Positions 38,654 through 49,449 of a stretch of 64,000 bases of DNA are shown here, one piece after another. Below the pieces are notes generated by a model. The model ran no database searches and was not told the origin of the DNA. It saw only the letters and a program-made list of their open reading frames with translations. Both the position numbers and the translations under genes were made by a program. The DNA is taken from the NCBI GenBank assembly GCA_963675745.2, contig CAXXWX010000010.1, positions 32,001-96,000 of the forward strand. Reading direction: 5' to 3'. Position 1 is the stretch's first letter; each line of letters opens with the position of its first letter. The DNA comes from Phycisphaerae bacterium (GTDB lineage: Bacteria > Planctomycetota > Phycisphaerae > UBA1845 > Fen-1342).

Positions 38654-39593
38654 AAAGACGACAATCTGGTCCCGCAAGCACCTGCTTGCGCTCGAAGAAC
38701 TGTCGCGCGAGGAGATTCTCTACATACTCGACACAGCCCGGGGCTTTGAAGAAGTCTCGACGCGCAGTGTCAAGAAAGTGCCCGCCTTGCGCGGACAGGT
38801 CGTGGTGAATCTCTTTTTCGAAGACAGCACGCGCACGCGCATGAGCTTTACGCTGGCCGCTCAGCGCCTCTCCGCCGACATCATCGATTTCTCCGAGCGG
38901 ACGTCATCGACCAAAAAGGGGGAGACGCTGCGCGATACGGCGCGCAACATCGAGGCCATGGGCGTCGATATCATGATCATCCGGCACGGGGCCACCGGGG
39001 CGGCGCATGCGCTGACCGAGTCGGTCGATTGCTGTGTGATCAACGCCGGCGACGGGCAGCACGAGCATCCCACGCAGGGCCTGCTAGACCTGTACACGAT
39101 CCGCCAGCGCAAGGGCCGCATAGCGGGCCTCAAGGTGGCGATCGTCGGGGACATCGCACATTCGCGCGTGGCCCGATCGAACCTGCACGCCCTGCTCAAG
39201 TGCGGTGCGGAGGTGACGTTTGTCGGGCCGCCGGCGCTGGTGCCCCGCTCGTTTGAACAGCTCGGGGCGCGCGTAACCGCCGACTTTGATGACGTGCTGC
39301 CGGAGATGGACGTCATCAACATGCTCAGGATTCAGCGCGAGCGCATCAGCAGTAATGCGTTTCCCTCGACGCGCGAATATGTGCGACTCTTCGGCATGTA
39401 CGGCGAACGCTTCAGACGCTGCAAGCCGGACGTGCTGATCATGCACCCGGGCCCGGTCAATCGCGGCGTTGAGCTGTCGGCTGACGTAGCCGACGGCCCC
39501 AACTCGAGCATCCTGCAGCAAGTCACCAACGGGCTGGCAGTGCGGATGGCGGTAATGTTCCTCTGCCACCAGGCAGCGACCACCGGGGCATAG
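38637..39593 (+). CDS. pyrB: Aspartate carbamoyltransferase catalytic subunit
   Basis: FFEDSTRTRMSF, INAGDGQHEHPTQGLLD, RIQRER, MHPGPVNRG. Confidence 0.96.
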   Translation: MTGLREKTTIWSRKHLLALEELSREEILYILDTARGFEEVSTRSVKKVPALRGQVVVNLFFEDSTRTRMSFTLAAQRLSADIIDFSERTSSTKKGETLRDTARNIEAMGVDIMIIRHGATGAAHALTESVDCCVINAGDGQHEHPTQGLLDLYTIRQRKGRIAGLKVAIVGDIAHSRVARSNLHALLKCGAEVTFVGPPALVPRSFEQLGARVTADFDDVLPEMDVINMLRIQRERISSNAFPSTREYVRLFGMYGERFRRCKPDVLIMHPGPVNRGVELSADVADGPNSSILQQVTNGLAVRMAVMFLCHQAATTGA

Positions 39594-39790
39594 GGCATCA
39601 AGCCCGGAAGGCACGCCGGTTTGGGCGCGACGGCTCTGCGAGCCGGAAGCCGGTGTGCTGCCCGACCGGCTGTGTTACACTGGACCTACACCGTCTGGCC
39701 ATTGAAGAGAGGGGCCTCGAACGACCGCCAGAGCGGTGATTGTGGGGGGTGGTCACGTCTCATGGTGCATAGCTTGATGGGGAGAACATC

Positions 39791-41089
39791 ATGCCAACCG
39801 AGCGAGAACTGCTGAGTCAGTGCCCGAACCAAGCCTGCGGGTATCGTTATAGGATTCGACACGAGCAGGTCGGCAAGATAGCAACATGCAAATCCTGTGG
39901 AAGGAGATTCAAGCTGGCTGCCGGGATGGGGGGCGCGGCCGATGGTGAGTCAGAAGAACGCGCCACGTCCGCTGCAGTGATGCAACCATCTCGCGACTAC
40001 ACGGAGTCGACGGCTGACAAGCGTGTGTTGACAGTGTGCCTCTCGACGTTCGGTGTGGCCGTCGTGGCGTTGTCAGTCTGGCTCTACACCGCAACGCGCG
40101 ATCAAAGCGAAGAGGTGAATGCTGCGCCGGTTACAGCGAGAATTGCTCTCGACGCCGAACAGCCTTCGCCCCAGGCTGCCACCGAAGTGCCCATAAAGCC
40201 GATCGCGAAGCAGGTTCCCAAGTGCGTTGTGCTCCGTGATGAGGTCGTCGCTGACCTGCCGGCCAGTGCGGCGATTGCGATCGACGTGCTGATTGACACG
40301 CCGCTTACCAAGGATCAGATCCTTGCGCTGTTGCGAGAGAAACTCGAGAACGCGCAGATTCGGCCAGCGTTTACCTATCTCGATTCCGCTGACTATGTCG
40401 ACGTGTCCGCGTACATCTCGGCGGAACACCAGCGCACGACTGCGTGGCATCGACTTGCAAGGATGACATGGAACTCGTTCTACAACGAAGGTAAGATCGA
40501 CATCAACTTCGACGAGTCGCTGCACCGGCAGTTATTTGACTCACCCGAGGTTCTTCACGGGCTAGATGAGCCCACACGGAAGAAGATATTCAAGGAGTAC
40601 GTTCACGCGAACCACAGTGCTGACGATCAAGCGGAGTACGAATTCCCAAGCGATTCCGAGAGAGTCCTGAAGCCCGGTGACCGATTTACATTGACTGGTA
40701 CGGTGATGTTGATGTCGCACAACAACGCTACCGAATGGCTTGAGAGTGGAGCAGGATCACTAGAGCTGCCGGCGGGCACGTCGATATATGTGATCCGTAC
40801 GGAGGAGAATCCGCAGGGCACGTTGTACACGCAAGTTGCCGCCACGCTGCCAAACGAGGCCAATCCGTATGGCGGTTGGGTCATGTCGACTATGCTTGGG
40901 CTCCAGCATCCGACTATATCCGACCCTGACGTGCGATCCGCACAGCATTCGCGCCGGGATCAGCGGTTCCAAGAACTGCTGGAGAGATCGGTGGTCGACC
41001 TTATGGAGTATTACGGTATCGACCGCGATATGGTCTCGAGGAGATTCGATCCGAGGGACACGAAAAGAAGTGGCCGTACTAAACGCTGA
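39791..41089 (+). CDS. Membrane-anchored hypothetical protein with N-terminal zinc ribbon
   Basis: CPNQAC...CKSC, one TM helix, large extracytoplasmic part. The C-terminus is probably frameshifted near 41040 (alternative frame EIRSEGHEKKWPY*). Confidence 0.7.
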   Translation: MPTERELLSQCPNQACGYRYRIRHEQVGKIATCKSCGRRFKLAAGMGGAADGESEERATSAAVMQPSRDYTESTADKRVLTVCLSTFGVAVVALSVWLYTATRDQSEEVNAAPVTARIALDAEQPSPQAATEVPIKPIAKQVPKCVVLRDEVVADLPASAAIAIDVLIDTPLTKDQILALLREKLENAQIRPAFTYLDSADYVDVSAYISAEHQRTTAWHRLARMTWNSFYNEGKIDINFDESLHRQLFDSPEVLHGLDEPTRKKIFKEYVHANHSADDQAEYEFPSDSERVLKPGDRFTLTGTVMLMSHNNATEWLESGAGSLELPAGTSIYVIRTEENPQGTLYTQVAATLPNEANPYGGWVMSTMLGLQHPTISDPDVRSAQHSRRDQRFQELLERSVVDLMEYYGIDRDMVSRRFDPRDTKRSGRTKR

Positions 41090-41163
41090 CAGAAAAGGCG
41101 TCGCTATTGCGCCTGTGCCACACATCGGTACACCCCACCCTTCGATACACACCCGGCGGGGCG

Positions 41164-42519
41164 CTATGTCATGCCGTAGTCTTTCAGCTTGCGGTATAGC
41201 GTGCGTGTGCCGATGCCGAGGCGCTTGGCCGCCTGCTCGCGATTGCCGCCGGTGATTTGCAGCGTCTTCTCTATCATCATCCGCTCGACCTCGGCCATCG
41301 TCAGGCCGATCAGGCCGCCGCTCAGCGGCACAATGTCGCGCGTGCCGCGGATGCGCTCGGGCAGATCGTGCGGTTCGATCTGGCGCCCTTCGGCCTCGAC
41401 CGCCGCCTCGACGATCACGTTGGCAAGTTCGCGGACGTTGCCCGGCCACGGGTTCTTGGTGAGGAGCTCGATCACCTCGCTCGAAAATCCCGGACACTTG
41501 AAGCCGTGCTCAACCCGTGCTCGTTCGAGCAGATGCAACGCCAAGCCGGGAATATCCTCACGCCGTTCGCGCAGCGGCGGCACTCTGATCACCCACTGGT
41601 TCAGGCGGTAATACAGATCCTCGCGGAAGCTCTTGTCCTCGACCTTCTTCGACAGGGCGACGTTCGTCGCCGCGATCAGACGCACATCCACCCGCCGAAT
41701 CTCGGTCGAGCCGACCGGCGTGATCTCACGGCGTTCGAGCGTGCGCAACAGCTTGGCCTGCATGCTCAACGGCATATCGCCGATCTCGTCGAGGAACAGC
41801 GTGCCACCATCGGCGGCCTCGAAATAGCCCTTGCGGTCGGCCACGGCACCGGTGAACGCGCCTTTAACGTGCCCGAACAGGTGGCTTTCGAGCAGGCTTT
41901 CACCCAGGCCGGCGCAGTTCAGCGGCAGCAGCGGCTTGCGAGCCCGATCCGAGCGCTTGTGAATCGCTTCGGCGATCAGGTCCTTACCCGTCCCGGTCTC
42001 GCCGAGAATCAGCACGGTGAGCTTGTTACGGGCGGCCTTCCTGATGCGCTCGATGATGTTCCTGATCCCCGGCGAAGTGCCGACGATCCCCTCAAAAGCC
42101 TCGCCGCGATGTTCGTCAATGGACTTGCGGAGCAAGCGATCGTCGCGGCGGCCGGCGGCGGACGTGGCGGCGCGGTTGATCGGCGCGACCAGGTCGGCGG
42201 GGTCGTCTTTCGCAGGCATGAGGATGACTTGAATATGCCGCGCACGCGCCGACACGGGGCTGTCACCGACGACGATCAGCGTGGCATCGGGTGCCGCCGT
42301 ATCGAGCAGCCCGGCCAGCGGCGGAGCCGTCGCTTCCGAACCCACCACCGACTCGGCCACCACGATATCCGGCGCCTTCTGGCGGATCGAATCGAGCGCG
42401 TCGGACAGAGTCGCGACCGCGCGGCAGGAGTGCCCGGTCTCCCGGCGCAGCAACTCGTGCAGCCGCTCGGCGCGGTCCTGATCATCCATCAGAATCAGAA
42501 TAAACGCGGTGCGTGGCAT
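41164..42519 (-). CDS. Sigma-54-dependent transcriptional activator (NtrC family) with degenerate receiver and Fis HTH
   Basis: [59 protein letters not shown]. Confidence 0.93.
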   Translation of the reverse strand: MPRTAFILILMDDQDRAERLHELLRRETGHSCRAVATLSDALDSIRQKAPDIVVAESVVGSEATAPPLAGLLDTAAPDATLIVVGDSPVSARARHIQVILMPAKDDPADLVAPINRAATSAAGRRDDRLLRKSIDEHRGEAFEGIVGTSPGIRNIIERIRKAARNKLTVLILGETGTGKDLIAEAIHKRSDRARKPLLPLNCAGLGESLLESHLFGHVKGAFTGAVADRKGYFEAADGGTLFLDEIGDMPLSMQAKLLRTLERREITPVGSTEIRRVDVRLIAATNVALSKKVEDKSFREDLYYRLNQWVIRVPPLRERREDIPGLALHLLERARVEHGFKCPGFSSEVIELLTKNPWPGNVRELANVIVEAAVEAEGRQIEPHDLPERIRGTRDIVPLSGGLIGLTMAEVERMMIEKTLQITGGNREQAAKRLGIGTRTLYRKLKDYGMT

Positions 42520-42763
42520 AATCTGGTAATTCTACGCGTCGCCGTCAGAGTTGGTAGCCCCATGCGGCCGGCGATCCCAGAATGACCGCGCCGGGCACTC
42601 GTTGACCGGCCGGCGGCGACCACGGCCGGTTCGATCGGTGACGCCACACGCGCATCCGGTCTGCCGTTGGCAAAGCTCGCGCGTGCCAGGGCGGGCCGAA
42701 GCGCGTATGATGTTGATAGGCCACGTCGTGGGCGTGAGCACGGGGGGGCGCAGAGGACGCCGC

Positions 42764-43219
42764 ATGGGACGCTGGACGTATTATTCGCCGATTCTGATCG
42801 GGATCATCTTTGCGCTGCTGGCGCGCGAGCTGCTCGATCGCGCTGTGCCGCGTGAGCCGGCCTGGTATTACTGGCTGATCGTGTCAGGGGCCGCGCTGTT
42901 GTTTGGCTTGCAGTGCCAGATTCTGATGATTGGCGCACAGGGGGTGTCGGCGCAGGTGCTGCCGGTGCCGGGTGGGCGTTCGATTCGCGGTCGGGCGGCG
43001 GTCGGCACGGGATGGCTGCTGCTGGCCTGGTTCGCGTTTGTGCTGGTCGGTACGGTGTTGACGTGGGAAGGGGCGGGGCTGGTGGCCACGATCGCACTGT
43101 GCTTGTCGCTGCTGGCTCTGCTATCCGCCGTCATCACGTACATCTGGTGCTGGCCGACGGCGCTGCGTGATTTCGACACGAGCGATCGGTTTCTGTCCGC
43201 CGGTGAGCGCCCGGAGTGA
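42764..43219 (+). CDS. Four-TM membrane protein
   Basis: Four hydrophobic segments around AQVLPVPGGRSIRG. Confidence 0.7.
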   Translation: MGRWTYYSPILIGIIFALLARELLDRAVPREPAWYYWLIVSGAALLFGLQCQILMIGAQGVSAQVLPVPGGRSIRGRAAVGTGWLLLAWFAFVLVGTVLTWEGAGLVATIALCLSLLALLSAVITYIWCWPTALRDFDTSDRFLSAGERPE

Positions 43220-43308
43220 TCTTGACACGGGGGGAGTTCGCCATGATCATCAGCGCAACAGGAGGCGGGGTACGCTGAAAGCGTTCATTGTCAGGAGAAA
43301 GTGCAGAT

Positions 43309-46300
43309 ATGAATCCGGCCACACCCTCCCGCGTCGCGCGCCACGCAACCGCTCTGCTTACCGCTTGCTGGCTCGCGCTCAACGCGGCCGCCGCTGATTT
43401 GTCATTCCCCTTCGTTGACGAGCTGGATGCGTCCGCGGCAGCCCGCTGGCACGCATTCGCGGGCGAGTGGACATTCGACGACGGCGGTGCCCACCAGTCG
43501 TCGGCCAGTTACGACTGCGGCGCCGCCATCGCGGTCACACCCGACGGGCCCTTTGTTGTCGCCGTTAACTTCACCCCTGAATCAGGTTTCAACGGCGGCG
43601 GCCTGTTCTTTGCTCTGCCGCAACTGGACCGGAAGAACGGCGGCATGATGGTGCGCTGTGATCCGGGCGGACGCGTCTTGTACGGGTGGTTTGATGGGGC
43701 CGGCACGTTTGAGTATCACGGCGACCTGACCGTCGCCGACACGGCGGAAGCGCAAGAGCTCGCCGTGGCCGTCGATCCGGCCAACCTGGCCTTCAACGTA
43801 TTCCACAACGGCAAAAAGGTCGGCACAAATATCAAGACCGACCATGCGCTGGGGTATGTCGGCATCCAGACCAGCGGCGGCCCGCACACGTTCACCCGCT
43901 TTGAAGTGCGCGCCGCTACCGAGAAGGAGCTGGCCGGCATCGAGCCGCCGGGTGAATACGGCCGCATCGTCGACATCATCGGCGATGAGCATGGAATCCT
44001 GGCGCTGCGGCGTTTGCCGGCGTTCCTGATGCGGTTTGATGAGCAGGGCGAGCCACGCGCCAGCGTGGTTGTGGGCGACCTGCCCGGTGTGGTCGGCGAC
44101 GCGCTGGAGCCGATCGCGCTCTCATGGGATCGGCCAGACGCCGAGGGGCGCGGAGCGGGTGTGTACGTGCTGGCAGGTGGCGGTCAGCGTGTCTACCAGC
44201 TCAGCCGCGAGCTCAGGGTTGTCGGCAACGGTCCGCTGATCGATGTCGAACAGATGCGGGGGCGTGGTATCGCCGCCGATAGCGAGGGGCGCATCTTCAT
44301 TGCTGATGACGCCATTCCGGGGATTCGCGTGTTCGCTGCGGACGGCCGGGAGCTGCTCAAGTATGGCGAAAAAGGGGGCGGTCTCTCGTACGATCGGCCG
44401 AACCCGGAGACAGCCGGTCGTTTCCAGCAGCCCCGCGGCATCGCCGTCTCCCCTGACGGGCTGATCGTGGTTGCTGATCGCGAAAACCTCACGTATGTCT
44501 GTTACCGCTACGATGCATCGGCCAACAAGCTGAATTGGGTGACCAACGGCCCGTGGCTCCCGCATCCCGAGGGCATTCGCTTCGATCGCAAGGGCCGCAT
44601 CCTGCTGGCCGGCCAGTACGAATACTATCGCTCGAATGGGGCTCTGCGCATTCTGACAATCGACGGCATGTCGCAAAACGTATTCATCGGGCACGCGCTG
44701 CGCGACATGTCCGAGCGTGTGCGCGCCTGCGAAGGTGCGGGCGGCAAGCTGTTCATCGCCGACGCGGACAAGGGGCGTGTGGTTGTCCTGCCGCCGGATT
44801 TCGTCGAGAAGATGCCAGAGTTTGAGTGGCTGCCGGATGGGGGCGTTAAGCTGACGATGACCAAGGTTGATGGAAGTCGCGTGTCAACACTTAACCAGAC
44901 TCGACTGCCGGACGATGAAGGTCGCATCGTGGTGCGCCAGCGCGAACCGGTCTGCGAGACCTGGCCGCCGGCCAAGCCCAACGAGCTGGTGTCGTACTTC
45001 GTTCCACCAGCGCCGCCCGCCGGGCAGAAGTACATCATCGACATGCCGGTGCTGGTGGCGGTGTTTACGAAGATGACGAACGGCAAGGGCGAGACAGTTG
45101 AGATCGAGGCCGGCGGCGTGGCCGAGCGCTTGAGTCGCGAATTGGCCCGTGATCGCCGGTTCTATTTCCAGAGCAGCCACGGCATTCTCAACAAGCAATT
45201 CGAGATCATGGTGATTGACGAAATCGTGCCTGAGAACGTCGGCGCCTGGATCACACCCACGGACGGCCGTCGTCTTGTCAACGATGTTCGGCGCAAGCGC
45301 GGGCTGGAGCCGATCGACGCCGACCACAGCCTGGTCTGCGTTCATCCGCTGGCCGGTTTCGACAGCGCGTATACCGACGACGTTGGCTACGTCGGCGGCG
45401 GTGGGCTCACGATGTACGCCTACAGCGGCTACGCGACCTGGAACCACGGTCAGGGCTGGCTGATGGGGCATGAGTGGGGGCACCAGCTCGATTCGTATTT
45501 CGATCGCTCGGGCATGACGGACTGGTGGCTGAATCATCCAGACGGCACGGTTCATGTGGGGCGTTACGGCGAGCACTGGGACTGTAACGCGTTTTTGTGT
45601 CGCCGCGTCGATCGGATGAACTGGCTGCGGCTGCGCAGTGGAAAGCTGCGTCTCGTGGCGGACGCCGACGAAGACGGTCTGGCCGATGATGATCCCGCGT
45701 TGCCGCTCGATGAAGCGCGTTTCGGCTCATCACCGACGTCGTACGATACTGACGATGACGGTCTCTCGGATTTGGATGAAGCGCTCGCCGGGACCTTCAC
45801 GCGCAGTGATCCGACCAACCCTGATAGTGATGGGGATGGCGTCACCGACGGCACGGACACTCACCCGCAATTCGCCGTCGCCGATTCGATCCCGCAGGTC
45901 TCCGCCGCCGCCGCCGGCATGCGCCCGTCACTGAAGCGGATCGGCACGCTGCACGGTGCGTGGTGCGATACGGAGGTGCGTGCGGGTTACGACGCAGACG
46001 CGCTGCATTTTGAGCTGCGGCCGCGCAAGGCGGTGCGCACAATCTACCTGCCGATCGACTTCGACAACAACGGGTGGTTCATCGGGCGTGATCAGGTCTA
46101 CCCGCATGTCGACCTGGCCTGGCCCGCTGACGGCCCGCCGACCATCGGGCGCCAGGCCGGCTGCGAGGCGACCTTGACAGTTGGTGATGATGGAACGGTC
46201 GTGGTCGCCGTCACAGTGCCCAGGCCCGCCACCCGCGCGCCACTGCGGAGCGGTTCAAGTGTCGGCGTGATCATCCGCGCGCAGAATGATGGCGGGCGCG

Positions 46301-46350
46301 TTCAGTTCCTGATCGACCCCTGGCAAGTCCTGGGACTCGAACTCAAGTGA
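43309..46350 (+). CDS. Secreted multidomain protein: lectin-like N-terminus, NHL repeats, HEXXH metallopeptidase-like domain, Ca-binding DxDxDG repeats
   Basis: PRGIAVSPDGLIVVAD and GIAADSEGRIFIAD (NHL); GHEWGHQLD; DTDDDGLSDLDE and DSDGDGVTDG. Confidence 0.8.
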   Translation: MNPATPSRVARHATALLTACWLALNAAAADLSFPFVDELDASAAARWHAFAGEWTFDDGGAHQSSASYDCGAAIAVTPDGPFVVAVNFTPESGFNGGGLFFALPQLDRKNGGMMVRCDPGGRVLYGWFDGAGTFEYHGDLTVADTAEAQELAVAVDPANLAFNVFHNGKKVGTNIKTDHALGYVGIQTSGGPHTFTRFEVRAATEKELAGIEPPGEYGRIVDIIGDEHGILALRRLPAFLMRFDEQGEPRASVVVGDLPGVVGDALEPIALSWDRPDAEGRGAGVYVLAGGGQRVYQLSRELRVVGNGPLIDVEQMRGRGIAADSEGRIFIADDAIPGIRVFAADGRELLKYGEKGGGLSYDRPNPETAGRFQQPRGIAVSPDGLIVVADRENLTYVCYRYDASANKLNWVTNGPWLPHPEGIRFDRKGRILLAGQYEYYRSNGALRILTIDGMSQNVFIGHALRDMSERVRACEGAGGKLFIADADKGRVVVLPPDFVEKMPEFEWLPDGGVKLTMTKVDGSRVSTLNQTRLPDDEGRIVVRQREPVCETWPPAKPNELVSYFVPPAPPAGQKYIIDMPVLVAVFTKMTNGKGETVEIEAGGVAERLSRELARDRRFYFQSSHGILNKQFEIMVIDEIVPENVGAWITPTDGRRLVNDVRRKRGLEPIDADHSLVCVHPLAGFDSAYTDDVGYVGGGGLTMYAYSGYATWNHGQGWLMGHEWGHQLDSYFDRSGMTDWWLNHPDGTVHVGRYGEHWDCNAFLCRRVDRMNWLRLRSGKLRLVADADEDGLADDDPALPLDEARFGSSPTSYDTDDDGLSDLDEALAGTFTRSDPTNPDSDGDGVTDGTDTHPQFAVADSIPQVSAAAAGMRPSLKRIGTLHGAWCDTEVRAGYDADALHFELRPRKAVRTIYLPIDFDNNGWFIGRDQVYPHVDLAWPADGPPTIGRQAGCEATLTVGDDGTVVVAVTVPRPATRAPLRSGSSVGVIIRAQNDGGRVQFLIDPWQVLGLELK

Positions 46351-46390
46351 TCCGGGCCGCGCTGCCTCGCGTGTCTTTGGGTAACAGTCT

Positions 46391-46457
46391 GGTGTGCCAC
46401 TGCTCTTGAGCAGTGCGGTTTCAATGCGAACTTCACGGTGCGCACGGCCGTGGCACA
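46391..46457. repeat. REP-like palindromic element (GTGTGCCAC family)
   Basis: GTGTGCCACTGCTCTTGAGCAGTG ... CACGG...CCGTGGCACA; homologous to 56620-56689. Confidence 0.7.
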
Positions 46458-46480
46458 GTGCCAACTGGCAGATCCCGTTT

Positions 46481-47167
46481 TCAGTCGCTTGAGCCGCGCG
46501 ATGCGGCCACGATTCTGCGCAGCGCGGCGGCGTCATAGGCCAAGCTGACACCTTCAGCGGCTGCGAGATACTCGCAGATGCGGTCTTCGGTGTGGTGGCT
46601 GTACGTTTGGATCAGGCCTCTGACAATCGTTGCTAAATACTCCGGGCTCGGGGCTTGCAGCACGCGGCTCGCCATGCTCGACCTGGATGTGAACGTCAGC
46701 ATTGGCGCGTTGTCCAGGTTCCCGACTTTAATGACGCGGCTGTACGGGAGATCGGGTGCGGCGTGTTGCCTATTCTCAGCGCGCAGATATGTATGGCCTT
46801 CGGCAATCGCGCGGCGGATATCGACGTCGAGCCGTGTTTTACCGGGGTGCTCGCCATTCTCTTGGCGCAGCACATCAGCGAACTGTTGCTCCGTGATCAG
46901 ATAGGCACGCGCCAGGACAGTCCGCCCCACGCCGTTCGGGTCGATAAAGGCCACGCCGCCCCACCATTTCGACCCAATATCCGCGAAATACAGCGCGGCG
47001 TTCAGTTGAACCGGCTGGTCCGCACGAGGATCGCGCCGGTCACGACATCCGACGTGATGCCAGGTTACACCAGAGGGCGATCCGCCTCGGAGATAACCGA
47101 GAAAACGTTCACGCCGCAGGTTTGAACCATACGCCGCGTACCAGATCAGTTTTTCGTCAGTTGCCAT
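46481..47167 (-). CDS. Gamma-glutamylcyclotransferase-like fold protein
   Basis: IWYAAYGSNL, LYFA...WWGGVAF, RAYLITEQQF, PMLTFT, APSPEYL. Confidence 0.75.
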   Translation of the reverse strand: MATDEKLIWYAAYGSNLRRERFLGYLRGGSPSGVTWHHVGCRDRRDPRADQPVQLNAALYFADIGSKWWGGVAFIDPNGVGRTVLARAYLITEQQFADVLRQENGEHPGKTRLDVDIRRAIAEGHTYLRAENRQHAAPDLPYSRVIKVGNLDNAPMLTFTSRSSMASRVLQAPSPEYLATIVRGLIQTYSHHTEDRICEYLAAAEGVSLAYDAAALRRIVAASRGSSD

Positions 47168-47341
47168 GGACCCGCCAAAACGTATGTTCACGCGTAACTG
47201 TCGCAACCAGCGGCGGTCATTGTCACGGATTGCGCCGGCCCCGCAAGCGTGTCAGGCGCCCAGCGGTAACGCCGGCTGCTCAGCAACGTGTCGCGGTGCC
47301 CTGTCGCCGCTGACACGTTCGGCGTAGCATGACGTGCGATC

Positions 47342-48535
47342 ATGATGGTGAGGCTACCCGACTATCGCGCGATCTGGCGCCGGCTGGGCCGGCGCCTGCG
47401 GCGGGTCGCGACCATGCTGGCGCTGGCGTGCGTAGCAATCGCGGGCATCGCCGGCGGATTCGCTCTGCGAAGCTGCATGGCGCCCGATGAGCGTACGCAA
47501 GCCACGACAGCGCGGCGGTCATTGCGGGATCCTCTGCACACCCCCGCTGGTGAATACACCTGGACTGAGCTGCCGACGGCCGAGTTTCCGATTCCGCCAT
47601 ATGCGCGCTACCTGGCCGGCGTTCGGATTGTGGTCGATCCCGGTCATGGCGGTCGCGCGTACAAGCAAGGTTGGAAGGTGGGGCCGACGGGGCTGCGCGA
47701 AGCACAGGTAAACCTCCGCGTGGCACTGATGTTGAAGGAGTTCCTGGCCGCCGTCCACGCCGACGTGATTCTCACGCGTGAGCGGGACGAATTCCTCGCC
47801 AAGAGTGAGTCCGACGATCTGGCGCGACGCGCCGCGCTGGCCAATCAGCGCCGCGCGGACTTGTTTCTATCAATTCATCACAACGCGGCAGGCCGGCCCG
47901 AAGCCAACCGCACGGAGGTTTATTATCACGGTACTCCCGATCACAGCCCGGCGAGCCTTGATGCGGCTCGCTACTTGGTCAGCGGACTGAATCAGGCGCT
48001 GCGACTCGAACAGCACCTGCCGTGCCCGTTGTTGAGCGACACCAACCGTGTCGCGAGCGGTGGATTCGCCGTGCTCAGGCTCAGCGACGTGCCCGCGGTG
48101 CTCGTCGAGTCGTCCTTTTTCACGAATCCGCTTGAAGAGCAGAAACTGCGCGATGGCGCTTACAACCGGCGCGAGGCGTATGGGTTGTTTGTCGGGTTGG
48201 CGCGCTGGGCCCACGCCGGACTGCCGCGGGTAAGCCTGTTGGAGCCGGCCGACGCACGAGCCGGGCGCGGCGACGTGTTGGTGGTTGAACTTGCCGACGG
48301 TCTCAGCGATCGGGCGCTGGATCAGGGACATGCGAAGATCCGCTTCGACTCGATTCTCGTTAAGCTCGACGGCGCTGCGCTGGCCGGCGAAGTTGATCAG
48401 TTGCGCCGACGTTTATATGTGCCGGTCCCGGGCGACGCGCGGGTCGGCGCGCACGAGTTGTACGTGAATTTCGCGACCATCACGGGGCAACACGTGCTGC
48501 ATCCGCGCCTGGGTTTCGAAGTAGTCGGGCGCTGA
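47342..48535 (+). CDS. N-acetylmuramoyl-L-alanine amidase (Amidase_3)
   Basis: IVVDPGHGG, REAQVNL, ADLFLSIHHNA, VPAVLVESSFFTN. Confidence 0.9.
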   Translation: MMVRLPDYRAIWRRLGRRLRRVATMLALACVAIAGIAGGFALRSCMAPDERTQATTARRSLRDPLHTPAGEYTWTELPTAEFPIPPYARYLAGVRIVVDPGHGGRAYKQGWKVGPTGLREAQVNLRVALMLKEFLAAVHADVILTRERDEFLAKSESDDLARRAALANQRRADLFLSIHHNAAGRPEANRTEVYYHGTPDHSPASLDAARYLVSGLNQALRLEQHLPCPLLSDTNRVASGGFAVLRLSDVPAVLVESSFFTNPLEEQKLRDGAYNRREAYGLFVGLARWAHAGLPRVSLLEPADARAGRGDVLVVELADGLSDRALDQGHAKIRFDSILVKLDGAALAGEVDQLRRRLYVPVPGDARVGAHELYVNFATITGQHVLHPRLGFEVVGR

Positions 48536-48590
48536 TAGCGTTTGGGCCGGAGCGGCTTCGCGATCTCCCGCATGGCTTGATGGGCGGCGC

Positions 48591-48632
48591 AAAAAGAACG
48601 GCAGCCCGGCGATGGCGAAGTGCCGGGCTGCC
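48591..48632 (-). terminator. Intrinsic terminator of the minus-strand gene at 48697-49145
   Basis: 11-bp stem GGCAGCCCGGC/GCCGGGCTGCC with AAAAAGAA on its left (T-tract on the minus strand). Confidence 0.7.
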
Positions 48633-48696
48633 CGATTGACGAATCAGCAAGCGAGCTTGTCCGCGTCCGCGGACCGTTCTACTTACCGTAGCGCTG

Positions 48697-49145
48697 CTAC
48701 TTCCAGGTGTAATTCTTGAAGGGGCCCTTGTTGATGTTGGTGGTCGTCGCCACCAACCAGGTGCTGCCGCGGCCATGCGCGACCGCCTTGATGGATCGGC
48801 CAAACTTCTGGCGAAGCCAGCGCGTCGCATTGGTCGGCGTGAAGTTGGGATCCCACTGGCCCCCAAACGCCTTCGTGAACTGGGTGCCGGTGAATTTGTA
48901 GACCTTGGCGCCGTTGTTGACGTAGTTGGTCCACTGCATCGCCATCCGCGGCGAGAAGGTGGTGACCATACCGGGGCCGGTGACCTGCGAGTAGATGTTG
49001 CGGTACGAACCGATCTTCCACTTGATGTCCTGGCGTAGTCCGTGTACTTGTTCGCAGTCCAGGTGTTCCTGTTCTTGGTGGTCCACGAACGGTTGGTGTT
49101 GGTGGTCCGCCGCGTCGTTGTCGTGTAACGTCGTGCTGTAGGCAT
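48697..49145 (-). CDS. Small basic Thr/Arg/Lys/Trp-rich hypothetical protein (one apparent frameshift near 49040)
   Basis: GGGAGAG SD then MPTARRYTTTTRR...ANKYT; adding one G joins it to GLRQDIKWKIGSYRNIYSQ...PFKNYTWK*. Confidence 0.65.
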
Positions 49146-49449
49146 AAGTCTCTCCCTAAGCCTGCTGTTCGTCGGGACGTTTAAACAAAATCCGCTTGAG
49201 GTTTTGGTATCGGTCACAACGGCAACTTAGTTGAGAGTTTGGTGATGATAAGTTGTCCGAAAACGAGTTGCCGGCGGCGATTAGTGGCGGTCTTGGAGCG
49301 ATTACGACCGCCCCCTCGGCGCCCGAAACCGCTCCCGCAGCCGCGACGACGCGCGGGCTATACGATTCCAGTGCCTTTCTAGTGGCCCAAAACCGCCCAG
49401 CGGTGGACAATTGTCTTAGGAGCGTATCACACGCACAGGAGTAAGCGCC

